This document shows positions 1 through 12,320 of a DNA stretch of 64,000 nucleotides, piece after piece (the stretch's first letter is position 1; every line of letters begins with the position of its first letter). The notes under the pieces were generated by a model. That model was not told the DNA's origin. It saw only the letters and a program-made list of their open reading frames with translations, and searched no databases. Location: contig NC_043013.1 of NCBI RefSeq assembly GCF_006345805.1, positions 1,798,001-1,862,000 on the forward strand, written 5' to 3'. Position numbers and translations under genes: made by a program. Source of the stretch: Octopus sinensis. Lineage: Eukaryota.

Positions 1-1339
1 GAAAATAAACTCTCTAAATATTCAGACAAACACCGACTGTGAATTGTTAGTCAACTCCGTTTTCTAAATACTATCTAAATTCAAATTTTGCCCTGAAAGT
101 TGGTGACTGTGCATTTGTGAAATCTACTCTCTCTCTCTCTCTCTCTCTCTCTGGTGCTCACCCTTCTCATCTGGATAGAAGCGACAAAGTCTTCCGGTCA
201 CTCTGGCTCAAATTCTCTTTTCTCAGCTCTTCCTAAATATGTTTTCATCCTCTACCAACCCTGGGTTAACCATTAAGCAAAATAAGAAAGTGCTAAGGGC
301 ATCAAGGGTAGGAGAGGAGCACCACAGAAGTGGTAAATAGTTTACGGCACAAATGGAATCTGCTGAAACTTGCTAAAATAGCATTCCAAGTGGTTTATAT
401 GATCGGAAATGTAGTTTCAAAGTGTTCATATTGAGGATCTGCTCAAAGACTTTGGAATTAAAAATGCATGAAGTGGAATTTTATACAAAGATAAACATTA
501 TTTTCCATCTTGCTCTTGGTTTTGTCTCATTTTGAAAAAAGAAAAATTATTTTATGGTTTATTAGTGTTTATATTTTGAATTACATATATATTGGAATAC
601 CAAAATCTTTTAAGTGCTAAGGGCCTGTATGAGTCTTGTTCAAGTCCAATCCGCTACCCTTCCTCGAACTTCTGTAGCCATCAACATCTCATTTTATTCC
701 TTTTTAAATTCAGAGTTTTTAATATCATCCATGTTCACAACTCTTCCTGGTTTTCACACTCATTTCATACTGGTGATGTCGTTGCTTTAGAAACCGAATC
801 TTCCGCAATCTTTAACCGTTTTTTCAGTTATTTTCATTCCACAAATGCATCCCCAGCTGGCAGGCAAGCACTCCATACATATTTAATCTCTTTCTCATCC
901 TAAAGCCCAACCTCTATCGAGCCGTTGGCATCTCCGCTCCCAGCTTCATCTCGACAGACTGCAGAATGATATCGATGTGTAGCGACATCCATTGTGCCCT
1001 TTCTTTTCCGGGTTCTGTGGTACGTAAAGTCAGTTAACAGGTCAAATAGTTCCACCAGTTAATGGCAAACTATTTATAAAATCCCGGAAAAAATGGGTAT
1101 TTATAGCAGAACATATCCTTCACTTCCGAGTTATCACAAACAGTTGAGTAGATGACTGTGCCCATCCTCTGTGATACATATCTCGACCTCCCCCCCAACC
1201 CGACCCTCAGCACTCACAACTGCAAATCTCTCACGTGATCCACTCATTTCTGCGTTGCGGCAGTGTAAGTAAGCACTACGGCCTACATTGCTGGGGGGGG
1301 GGGAGAAAAAAATCACTCGTACAAAGCAGCGCTTTTTAC

Positions 1340-2390
1340 CCCGAGCGCAATGCTTGTAATTCCATTATCCGAAATGCCTGGAATGACTCCGCTCGAATTC
1401 TCCTGTCTCCAAAACTGTTGTCAACCCTATTAGTCTTTTCCAAAAGGATCTCTAGCAACTTTGCGAAATTCCCAAGAAGGACAATCTCGCTGTAGACCTA
1501 TAATTATTCCTTGCAAAAACATGAAAAACAATGCAGACAGAATCGACAAACGCTTTCTCCATCGCACTGAATTCCTTTCTTTTCTTAAAGACAACCTACA
1601 TGTCTTCAGTAAAGTCAGCTCGGCTGGAACTACCTAGGCATCTATATAAATGAGTTCTTGTTCCCGAGAAATTTTGCTGAAAACAATGTCGTTATATTTG
1701 ACATAAGCGAAGCATTCGACAATGTTTGGTGTATGAATCTTTATATTAAACTACCTACCTCACGGCACTTAGATCGCAGGGGTTCTTTCAGAATGCGCAA
1801 CCACGGCGTGAGTTGATACAACTCACTGGCTTACATTCTATCAATTTTGCCGGTCTTCGAGATTCGGCTTTGCTCCCCACTCTTTCCTCCTATGCATTAA
1901 CAACAGTAACCGCCAGTAACACTCACTCCTGTGTAGATGATATCACTCTTCACCCTCACCCCTAATCTTCTGCACCCAGGCGTCATCCACATGCTATCTA
2001 GACACCTCCCGCCAAACCTACCCGTTCCCCTATGGGCTCATATTATTCTAGTCTCTTTCAACAACACAAAGATACAAACACTACACGTGTCAATAAAATA
2101 ATATTGTATCCCCCTCACACACACCACACGGACAATTAGAACTCTTAACGTTGCCACAAATGCTAGCTATCATTATCAAGGCTGATCCCTCTTGGCGTTC
2201 TCACATCCTCACCATAAACAAAGACTACACCACAAAGACTAGTTTTCCTCTTCAAGACAGAAAATACTTCAACTCTTAACAGTTACTTTTCCTATACAAA
2301 GCTGAAACGAGACCCACAAGGGAATAAATATTGCTCCTTCATCTGGAACACTCCTACTATAACACATACAAGACATTCTATATGTTTAAA
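1340..2390 (+). pseudogene. Heavily degraded non-LTR retrotransposon RT (Jockey/CR1-group)
   Basis: Broken motifs: VIFDISEAFDNVW at 1691 (cf. DISKAFDRVW), HSCVDDITL at 1924 (cf. YADD), LYKAETRPT..YCSFIW near 2290-2346. Confidence 0.7.
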
Positions 2391-2904
2391 AGGTCACATG
2401 ACTAGTTTGCATGACGTTACTCACTACCTCCAGCGTCTGGCTTGCAGACGTGTCATTTTTTTCACTCTATTGCGGTGCTCGAAGTTGCTTAGTCTTGGAA
2501 TATCTCTATTCGCTCCGATGCCGCTCAGCTCGTCTCTCCTCCGTATTCTATATAGACTATCCAGGACCCCGCATTAGCAGACCTTTCTTCCCCAAAACTT
2601 CAATTCCCTGGTATTCCTTCTCTATTCATCTTTCTTTCTTTCGTTCTTTTTTTTGCTTGTTTGTTTGTTTCTTTCTTTCTTCCTTGCAGTTGCCCATGAA
2701 CACTGACCGCGTCGACCACACCGATCTTAGGAGGACTGCAAACAACATGAGCGCAACACTTTCTGCATATCAAAACCACCTGATTTCCCGATCAGTCCCA
2801 CTAAGCAACACCTTGGATGTCTCCTCTGTAGACCCGGGTTGACCAAAGCCTTGTCAGTGAATTTAGTAGACGGAAACTAAAGGAATCCCATCATATATAT
2901 ATAT

Positions 2905-3124
2905 ACTCTTTTTTTTACTCTTTTACTTGTTTTAGTCATTTGACTGTGGCCATGCTGGAGTACCGCCTTTAGTCGAGCAAATCGATCCCAGGATTTATTC
3001 TTTGTAAGCCTAGTACATATTCAATTTTGCCGAACCGCTAAGTTACGGCGACGTAAACACATCAGCATCGGTTGCCAAGCGATGCTGGGAGGATAAACAC
3101 AGGCAAACATATATACACGCATAC

Positions 3125-3202
<78 letters not shown>

Positions 3203-3287
3203 GATGGGCTTCTTTCAGTTTTCGTCTACCAAATCCACTCACAAGGCTTTGGTCGGCCCGAAGCTATAGTAGAAGACATTTGCCCAA
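2905..3287 (-). mobile_element. SINE-A (tRNA head, internal microsatellite, CR1-like tail)
   Basis: Family motifs GAAAGAAGCCC(G/A)TC and GGCGGT(G/A)CTCCAGCATGGCC(G/A)CAGTCAAATGACT; a related fragment lies at 2788-2892 (+). Confidence 0.85.
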
Positions 3288-3329
3288 TGTGAAATATATA
3301 TATATATAATATATATATATATATTATAT

Positions 3330-3384
<55 letters not shown>

Positions 3385-3392
<8 letters not shown>

Positions 3393-6140
3393 TATTTTAT
3401 TTAGTTTCAGCTCACAAGCTGTGGCCATGCTGGGGCACCGCCATTTGGTGTTGCTACATGATTTTACTTCACGAATGCTTTTTAGCAAATGCCATCTGGT
3501 GCATGAGAGAGTTCGATGCAGCTGCCCTCATCTGCACCTCCTGTCGTGAAGTTGGTTCATCTGGGACACCTGACAAGAAGAAATCCAGTTTCCTTTTAAA
3601 GACATCTGCATCCACCCCATGCAGGTCTCTTAGGTTCTTCGGGGGGATATTGAAGAGCTGAGGGCCTCGGAAGCCCAGGCTATCACAGTATCTTGTCCTA
3701 CATCTTGATGGCAAATTTGGAGTCCTTGGCACTATGCAGTGGCGCCCAGTTCTGGCATTTGTGTAACTCTCGATGCCAAAGTTTGGGACAAGTCCTTCTA
3801 GGATCTTCCAGATGTATATTATGGCATATCTTTCTCGCCTACGCTCTAAGGAATAGAGTCTCAATCTCTTGAGTCTTTCCCAATAGCTTATATGCTGCAC
3901 AGAGGCTATCTTCTTCGTGTAGCTTCGTTGGATCGCCTCAAGTTCTGTGATTAACTTGACACTGGATGGTGACCATAGCTGAGAGCAATAGTCAAAGTGG
4001 CTTAGTACAAGTGTCCTCCAGAGGACCATCATGGTTTCCTTGTCTTTTGTTCTAAAGGTTCTAAGAATCCATCCGGTCAGCCGCCTACATTTCATTGCCA
4101 ATTTAGCAACATGCACATAAAAGGTTGCATCATCACTCATGTAAATACCCAGGTCTCGCACTGATTGTGCCTCTGGGATTGCAATCCCTCCAGGTCCAGT
4201 GTATTTATTGGGTATTGCATTTAGTTTTGCATGCTGATAGCATAAAGCTTGAAACTTTTCAGCATTGAACTGCATGCTATTCTTTTCAGCCCACTTGTAT
4301 ATTTTGTCCAGCTCACATTGTAGGTGCTTAGTGTCTTCAGGGTGATGTATTGCCTGTGAAACTTTTGTATCATCTGCATAACTTGTGATCGTGGCTCTCT
4401 GCGTGGCTGAGGGCATGTCTGAGAGGGCCATTATGAACAGTAGTGGTCCCAGAACAGTGCCTTGCGGAACACCGCTCACTATTTGCCTGTTAATAGAAGT
4501 GGCCCCATTGGCTACTACCACCTGATTTCTATCCTTCAGAAAGTCATGAAGCCACTCTCCCAATTTTCCAACTATGCCAAGATCACACAGTTTGTGACAT
4601 AGCATTCCATGATCGACTTTTTCAAAGGCCTTTGCAAAGTCGAGATATATGACTTCCACATTTGAGTGGTTGAGCAGTCGTTTCAGCACCCAGTCATAGT
4701 GTTGTAGGAGCTGAGTTAAGCAGCTTCTTCCTGGTCGGAAACCATGTTGGGTGTCAGGCAGCAAATCATTTTCTTCAAGGAAGGTGATTAGTTTCCTTCT
4801 GACTATTCGTTCCATGACCTTGCTGATGTGTGAGGTCAGAGAGATAGGTCTGTAGTTCTTGGCCTCCGCTCTGCTACCTCCTTTATGAATAGGGCATATT
4901 TTACCTTCCTTCAGTTTTCTTGGAAGTTTGCCAGTTGCTAGGAAGCTCTGAAAGAGGAACTGCAGTGGTCTTGCTAGGACTCTCTTACATACTTTTAGAA
5001 GGATTGCCGGGAACCCATCGGGGCCAGTAGCTGAGTTTGTTTTCATTTCATCAATAGCCTTTATTACATCGTCTTCCTTTATATTGATGTAATCAATCAT
5101 CGCTGCCTCTGATTTTATATCTGCAGTGGTAAAGAAGTCAGTTGGATTGCTGACTTGAAAATGCCCTAGGGGTGGAGTGAAAATACTCTTGAAAGGCTCA
5201 TTTAGTATTTCACTTACCCTCATTGGATTTCCTGTGAGTGTGCCATCCTTCTCAAGGAGTGGCCCTATCCTACAGTGCACCGTAGCTGTTTCTTTGGCAT
5301 ACCTGTAGAAAGCTCTGGGGTTAGATTTTATGTTGTCTATAGCCCAGGCTTCTTTGTCTGCTCTTTCTTTTTCATGGGAGAGTTGCAGATATTTTTCAAT
5401 TTCCAACAGTTTTATTTTCAGGCGGGACTTTTCACTGCTTTCAATTTGTTTGTTTAGGCGATTTGAAACTTTTGTACGCCGTCTCATTAGAATTTTCCTC
5501 TCTCTGGGGATTTTGCTCTTGTGTACAGTGGCCTTTCTCTCTGGGACACATTTGTAGCATATGGCTTGCATTACAGACATGAATTGTTGAAGTTTCATGT
5601 CGATGTCTGGCGAGGATAGACATTCAGGCCAGTTTTGTTTGAGGATCTCTTTCTCAATTTGTTTCCAGTTTGCCTTATGGAAGTTGAAGCTGGAAAGATT
5701 CTGAGAGTTTCTTGTAGGCTGCATGTCCATGCTTTCCTTTGGCCCGTACATGGTCAGCTCTACCATGTTGTGATCCGAGAGTAGTGTCGGCGTCACTTTA
5801 ACATTATGGATGAGATCTATATTATTTGTGAAGCAGAGATCCAGTATGTTACCTGCCCTGGTTGATTGGAGTATTACTTGCTCCATGTACAGAGTGTTGA
5901 TGAGGTTCAGGAGGGACCTCGCCTGTCCTCGTTCACATCGTGTCATTCCTGGGAGAGAAAGGCCCTCGGGCCATCTGACATTGGGTAGCTTGAAGTCTCC
6001 CATAAGAAGTACACTTATGTGTTGTTCTAATGTGACTAGAACTTCTTCTATTTTTATAAGGCAGTCTTCAAACTTGCCTACATAGCTTGGGGCATCTGGA
6101 GGGCGATATGTAGCACACACAACTACACCAAGTTGCAAAC
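3385..6140 (-). mobile_element. 5'-truncated CR1/L2-group LINE with 3' UTR stem-loop and A-rich tail
   Basis: Contains the 889-aa ORF, a short 3' UTR and an A-rich tail at 3385-3403. An in-frame stop lies just upstream of 6138. Confidence 0.9.
3469..6138 (-). CDS. LINE ORF2: C-terminal part of APE endonuclease + complete reverse transcriptase
   Basis: GDFK(N), GNILDLCFTN, SDHNMV (endonuclease); NYRPISLTS, HGFRPGRSC, YLDFAKAFEKVDH, GVPQGTVLGPLLF, YADD, DLG, DYCSQLWSP (RT). Confidence 0.92.
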   Translation of the reverse strand: MQLGVVVCATYRPPDAPSYVGKFEDCLIKIEEVLVTLEQHISVLLMGDFKLPNVRWPEGLSLPGMTRCERGQARSLLNLINTLYMEQVILQSTRAGNILDLCFTNNIDLIHNVKVTPTLLSDHNMVELTMYGPKESMDMQPTRNSQNLSSFNFHKANWKQIEKEILKQNWPECLSSPDIDMKLQQFMSVMQAICYKCVPERKATVHKSKIPRERKILMRRRTKVSNRLNKQIESSEKSRLKIKLLEIEKYLQLSHEKERADKEAWAIDNIKSNPRAFYRYAKETATVHCRIGPLLEKDGTLTGNPMRVSEILNEPFKSIFTPPLGHFQVSNPTDFFTTADIKSEAAMIDYINIKEDDVIKAIDEMKTNSATGPDGFPAILLKVCKRVLARPLQFLFQSFLATGKLPRKLKEGKICPIHKGGSRAEAKNYRPISLTSHISKVMERIVRRKLITFLEENDLLPDTQHGFRPGRSCLTQLLQHYDWVLKRLLNHSNVEVIYLDFAKAFEKVDHGMLCHKLCDLGIVGKLGEWLHDFLKDRNQVVVANGATSINRQIVSGVPQGTVLGPLLFIMALSDMPSATQRATITSYADDTKVSQAIHHPEDTKHLQCELDKIYKWAEKNSMQFNAEKFQALCYQHAKLNAIPNKYTGPGGIAIPEAQSVRDLGIYMSDDATFYVHVAKLAMKCRRLTGWILRTFRTKDKETMMVLWRTLVLSHFDYCSQLWSPSSVKLITELEAIQRSYTKKIASVQHISYWERLKRLRLYSLERRRERYAIIYIWKILEGLVPNFGIESYTNARTGRHCIVPRTPNLPSRCRTRYCDSLGFRGPQLFNIPPKNLRDLHGVDADVFKRKLDFFLSGVPDEPTSRQEVQMRAAASNSLMHQMAFAKKHS

Positions 6141-6572
6141 TTCAGTTGAATTAGGTATTTAAATTGAGGCACCTTGCCAATTCGCTATAGTCCTCACAGC
6201 TCCAAGTTAGGTGAACCGAATATAAATACGTAACAAGGATGTACTGGTGTCAATACATTAAGGCCGTTTCAAGCGGCTCCATTTAAACCGCTCTCTTCAG
6301 AAGCAGATGACCACATAGATTTCAAACATAAGAGACAAACCATTTTTAACAAATTTATATCAATAATAGAAATCAATATAGTTACATTGTTTCCTTATGC
6401 TATATTTGTGGCAGAATGATGCGACCTTCAGTTAAATTTCATATATCAGCCACGTAAATAAGCGTGAACATTCACGGAAATGCACTTGTGCGCATGCGTT
6501 AAGTGATAGATGATATAGAAAACTTAGTCTCTATATATTAGATTTTTTAAAATAAACTTTTCACAATCCAAA

Positions 6573-6605
<33 letters not shown>

Positions 6606-6799
6606 CACCACCACCACCACCACCACCACCACCACCACCACTAGCACAACCACCGCCTCCATTTTCTAAACTCATTCTGCCAGATATAGCATAAGGAAAC
6701 AATGTAATTATTTTGGTTTCTGTTATTGATGTAAATTTGTTTAAAATGGTTTTTCCTTTGAGTTTGGAATCTTTATGGTCACATGCATCTAAAGAGAGC

Positions 6800-7621
6800 G
6801 GCTTCTTTCAAATTGATGCAATGTTTTCATTGGTCAATTAAATGGTCTGGCAGTGCTGTCGAGAAGCATTACCTGTTCGGGATAAGCTCTACAGGCACGG
6901 CTCGAGACACACTTGACCGATTTGCTCGAGATGCGGTCAGAGCGACGAAACCGTTCTGCACGCACTCGTGCAGTGTCCAGCCATTTCGAACCTGTGGGCT
7001 TATGCCGAACGGCTGCTGTCACGTGTAGGACGAATCCGCCTGTCGGCCGAGTCTATCCTATAAATTGCTCCGCCCCCTTCCCTCAACCGTGAATGCAAGG
7101 CAGTTTTCATAGTAATGGTGGCCATGGTGAAAGAGTGTGTGTGGTGGACTCGAGCGAAAGGATTAGAGACAAACACTTACCTCTCTGGCCAATCGCTCAT
7201 CAACTTTTTCAAGTACCACTTGAAAAGGAAGGTGAGAATGGAGAGGCAGATTTTGTCTCGAGAAAGTTTCAAAAAAAGGTGGGTGAATGTAGCAAAGATG
7301 GTGCGTGCGAGTGACGAAACCACTTCGAGCATGATCCTGTAAATCGTAAAAGTGAAAGAAAGAGAGCATTTTGCTCTCATGTTTGTATTTCTCCCTGCCC
7401 GAGGTTACCGTGGCCTTTTCTGTAGGCTTTTCTTTCCACGGATAAACCTAATCTTGTTTCTTACTTTAAAAAAAATTCTTTCGGTGATACACGATCCCTT
7501 GTGATCGCCTTTTTTTCCCGATCCCTATTTTTTCCTTTTTCTTTTCCCATCTTCGAAAAGAAAAGCTCTACATTTGTATTTGTCCCCTCTGTGTTCAGCC
7601 CTGTGTGGTCAATAAAGAAAG
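6800..7621 (+). mobile_element. Tx1/L1-clade LINE 3' fragment ending at (TCTA)n
   Basis: Frameshifted ORF2 C-terminus LPVRDKLYRHG..ETVLHALVQC..FKKRWVNVAK, then 3' UTR, AATAAAGAAAG and (TCTA)n 7622-7708. Confidence 0.75.
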
Positions 7622-7709
<88 letters not shown>

Positions 7710-7748
7710 GACACACACAAACACACACACATATATTATATATATATA

Positions 7749-7818
<70 letters not shown>

Positions 7819-7935
7819 CCTGCTCGCTTAGCCAGCGGGGTGGCGTCATTCGAAGGCTAAAAACAATGCGAACGCATTGTGACCAGCGATGTGTAACAAC
7901 ATCTGATGGTCTGGTGTCGGTCACGTGATCACGTG

Positions 7936-7972
<37 letters not shown>

Positions 7973-8003
7973 CTCTTTCGTCTTGGACTTTCCTGTTTTT
8001 CCT

Positions 8004-8038
8004 GTTTCCGAAGAAGAGCTATGCTCGAAACGTAATAC
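8004..8038 (+). ncRNA. Degenerate minimal hammerhead (same GAGC/GCUC family as 30966)
   Basis: GUUU-CCGAAGA-A-GAGC(UAU)GCUC-GAAAC-GUA^AUAC; one stem I mismatch. Confidence 0.5.
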
Positions 8039-8450
8039 TACAATTTTCTTTCTCTGAGCGTCTTTGTAATACATTGCTTGCGCTTCGTCCAGACGTTCGT
8101 TTGTTTTTGTTTTTCTCTTTTTGTTTTTGTTTTTCTCTTTTTGTTTTTGTTTTTCTCTTTTTGCTTTTCTTTTTCTCTTTTCTCTTTTGAATTGCTTGTG
8201 GGGAACTTACCTTCAAAACCGGTGTAAGTGCATATTTGACCGATTTCATGATAACCATTAAAACACAATCTACAAGCTGCTGGCTTCATGCACATGAAAT
8301 GTTTTTCAGTCAAACTGCGATAAATGCCATATAGACAGGAGGCAGACCTTAGTCTTCCAATCAAAATCAGACATAGTCAAGTTATTAATTCCTCAATAAC
8401 TCAAAAGTCATTCCGATGCATAGATATGGTTTTGAAAGTAAGCTCTTCAA

Positions 8451-8516
<66 letters not shown>

Positions 8517-8560
8517 TCATATGCACATAAATATACACATATACATAAAAAGAAATAAAG

Positions 8561-8891
8561 ACCCCCTGCGGTCACGAATGACCATGGGATTACACCTAGA
8601 AAGTTCTCCTCCGAGGCTCAAATTCGGACAAGGTTGTTTATGGAAGACCAGTAGTCGCCCATGCATACCAGCCTACCCTCTTCACACCACTTATGTTGTC
8701 CAAAGCAAAGGCAAAGGGCCCGATACAGCTTAGCAACAGTGACGTCGCAACGCATTTCTACAGCTGAGTGAACTGAAGTAATGTGAAATAAAGTGTCTTG
8801 CTCAAGAAAACAACACACTGACCGGTCCGGGATTCGAACTCACTACCTCGTGACTGTGAGCTCAGCGTTCTAACCACTGAGCTATGCCGCT
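8561..8891 (-). mobile_element. SINE-D (tRNA head, distinct tail)
   Basis: A-box/B-box-like AGCTCAGTGG..GAGTTCGAATCCC on the minus strand. Confidence 0.75.
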
Positions 8892-9314
8892 TAACATATA
8901 TTTATATATACTTATATATGAGTATGTGTATGTGTGTATACACACACAAGCATACACATACATATACGCACACTGACACATACATATATATGCTTCTATA
9001 CAAACGTACACATGCATATGTCTATGTATACTTGCACACACATACACACACACACACTTACACACGCCCATATATATTTATATGCACACTTAGATGTGTA
9101 TGTGTGAGTGTGCAAATGTACGAACACGTATCTATTCGCACAGTCTATGTATGTGTATGTATTTGTGTGTTTTCATATAAATTAGGAATAAGGTAGTGGC
9201 AGTGGTGGTGGTGGTGGTCGTGGTGGAGGAGGAGGAGCGGAAGAAACGTGGGGAGGAGGCGGAGATGAAGGAAAACCAATCTGTGCCAATGAGTAATTGA
9301 GTGCATTCTAGTTT

Positions 9315-9361
<47 letters not shown>

Positions 9362-9699
9362 TGTGTGTGGTGTGTGTGTGTGGTGTGTGTGTGTGAATGT
9401 GTGTGTGTGTGTGTAGCGTCAGTTTCTGCACTCTCTGAATGTCCACGTGTGTACGTAGGTATGTGCGCCTGCGCTGGGTATAAACTACCCGAGTCCTTAA
9501 AGACGTGCGTGGGTGTGAGTGCACATGGGTGTACGAGCAGGTGCGTGTCTCTGCTCACGTGCCCTCCCCGTTCGATCGCCCCCTACTCCACCCCCTTGAT
9601 GTCAAGACGGATATTGTGGGTGTTATGAATTTGTGTACTCGTGTGTACCTATGTTTACGTGAAAAAGTGCGTGTTTGTGTAATTAAGTTGGTTAGTAAA

Positions 9700-9802
9700 T
9701 ATGTGTGTGTGCGTGTTTGTATATATATACACACACACATATATATATATATATATATTATATGTATATATATATATATGCATTTATGTGTATTTATATA
9801 TG

Positions 9803-9841
<39 letters not shown>

Positions 9842-9879
9842 GTGTATTTATATATGCATATATATATGCATATGTTTGG

Positions 9880-9917
<38 letters not shown>

Positions 9918-10040
9918 ATATATATAATTATATGTATATATATATATAATATATATATTATATATATATTCATTTATGTGTATTTATATATGTATATATA
10001 TATGCATATATATATGTATATATATATAATATTAATATAC

Positions 10041-10071
<31 letters not shown>

Positions 10072-10509
10072 TATACGTCGAATTTCTTTCAGTTTCCATC
10101 TACCAAATCCACTCACAAGGGCCTTGGTCGGCCCGAGGCTTTACTACAAGACACTTGCCCAAGATGCCAGGCAGTGGGACTGAACCTGGTATCAAGCTAC
10201 TTACCTTACAGCCATTCCTGTGCCTATATATATATATAAATTTATAAAGGCGGTCAGGGAGAACTGTCAAATATATATATATCAAGTTAAAACGATGCAA
10301 GATGTATTGTATATGTATATATAATATTGTATATATATATATGCATTTATACATACATATATGTACATATCTACACACACACTCACGAATATTTATATAT
10401 ATAATATATATATATATATGTATATATATACATACATGCATATATATATACATATATATACATATATATACATACATAACATACATATATATACATATAC
10501 ATATATATA

Positions 10510-10547
<38 letters not shown>

Positions 10548-10555
10548 TATATATG
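9700..10555. repeat. Large (TA)n/(TATG)n compound microsatellite field
   Basis: Direct. Similar fields at 12911-13330, 16320-16710, 25745-26001, 53570-53910 and 54860-55440. Confidence 0.95.
10075..10222 (-). mobile_element. SINE-A 5' half
   Basis: Family match. Confidence 0.8.
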
Positions 10556-10688
10556 TAGGTCCCGGGTTGATTCGGGGTTAACCACAGTAAATAAGGTACT
10601 CAATACATAGCAGAGTAAAATTAATTTATTATATAGAAGGAGCTTCTACAGGACTAGAACTGTTTCATTCAAGAGAAATCTTCAGGAA

Positions 10689-10737
10689 GCTTCCTGAAGA
10701 TTTCTCTTGAATGAAACAGTTCTAGTCCTGTAGAAGC
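10689..10737 (+). ncRNA. Type I hammerhead (mirror copy at 10642-10690 on minus strand)
   Basis: GCUUC-CUGAAGA-U-UUC(UCUU)GAA-U-GAAACAG(UUCUAGUC)CU-GUA^GAAGC. Confidence 0.7.
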
Positions 10738-10978
10738 TCCTTCCATATAAATAAATATATATATTATATATATATATATGTATATATGTATATATATATA
10801 TATATACCAACAATAACTCACTACTTGAACAAAACTGGATACAACTCACCCAACAAGAACTCACTACTTGAACAAAACTTGACTTAAACAGGATTCGAAT
10901 AATCCTATCAGGTGGTGCTATTAAGTTAGACATGGCCTGGACCAATCTCTGGTCGAAACATATCTAAGTTTTATCTAA

Positions 10979-11016
<38 letters not shown>

Positions 11017-11077
11017 TCGCTATGATGGATCGCTAGCCACTACACACATTTTTTTCTCTCCTTGTTTCTTTGTGTTC

Positions 11078-11113
11078 CTTTCTGTGGAAGAGCGTAGGCT
11101 CGAAATGTTAAAG
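11078..11113 (+). ncRNA. Degenerate minimal hammerhead
   Basis: CUUU-CUGUGGA-A-GAGC(GUAG)GCUC-GAAAU-GUU^AAAG; core A6 mutated. Confidence 0.45.
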
Positions 11114-11201
11114 ACTTTTTCAATTCCAGAGCGTAATACTAATACGTCTGTGTTTTCTACACCACCTGTCTTCTTTTGTTTCTTTGTGAATTCTCCCCCT
11201 G

Positions 11202-11325
<124 letters not shown>

Positions 11326-12135
11326 GCAGGACATAAAAAAAACGTGAACAAAATGAGAAACGAGAACATAAAAAACAAAAAACATGGAAAACGAAATCTT
11401 TTCCGAACAACGAAAGCACCAAATAGAGAAACGAGATATGCAACATAAAGAACATTCCCTTCATCAGTTGTCCCCTGTTTTATCTACTCCGCATTTCGAA
11501 CGTAGACACACACACACACATGGATAAATAATAAATTGTTGTATACAGTGCTCATATGCACTACATATATACATGTGTTTATATATATGCGTATTTTTGT
11601 ATTTCTATATCTGCATAAGTCATATCGAATGCAAAGACAGACATACTAAATAACGTACTAGATAAATTCTTGTTTTCATTGAAATTATTTTTGCTTTGAG
11701 GTAACTGCAACTGAATCCGAATTAAACGGGGAGATAAGCACAAGAAATCAACAGATCTCCAGTATCAACATGTCGTTAAGGAATAGACAAGATCCGTTTC
11801 CCTAGAGACGATAAAACTTCTACGTGTTTCTGCTTCGATAGGCATCGTTGGCACAGGTATTATTATAACCCGACTATCGATATTGTTTTACATCGCTGGT
11901 CACAACGCGCTTCGCAGGCCAACGTTCCTCACCTCAGATGTTGACGAAAACAAGTTCTTAATGTTTCTTCCCGCCTAAACGTGGATGTTGCTAATGTGTT
12001 TACCAAAGATATGAATGGTTGCTTGCTTACTGACGTCATCAATCCCTGACAAAACTCTATTGGGTGTTGATTGTTATTTTCACTTCTGAACACAATCATT
12101 ACTGGTTCAATTCGTAGACATCCTTGCTACACATA

Positions 12136-12300
12136 GGCACAGGCGTGGCTGTATGATTAGCAGCTAGCTTCCCAACTACATGTTTCTGGGTTCAGTCCCA
12201 CTGCATGGCACCTTGGGCAATTGTCTTTGCTATAGCCTCGGGCTGACCAAACCCTTGTGGATGGATTTGGTAGACAGAAACTAAAAGAAGCTCGTCGTAT
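12136..12300 (+). mobile_element. SINE-A 5' half
   Basis: GGCACAGGCGTGGCTGT..GGGTTCAGTCCCACTGC..GAAGCTCGTCGTAT. Confidence 0.85.
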
Positions 12301-12320
12301 ATATGTATATATATATATAT

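Noticed and set aside
10921-10968. GACCA/TGGTC stem + GAAAC resembling a hammerhead
   Set aside because: CUGANGA core missing; at most a decayed copy.
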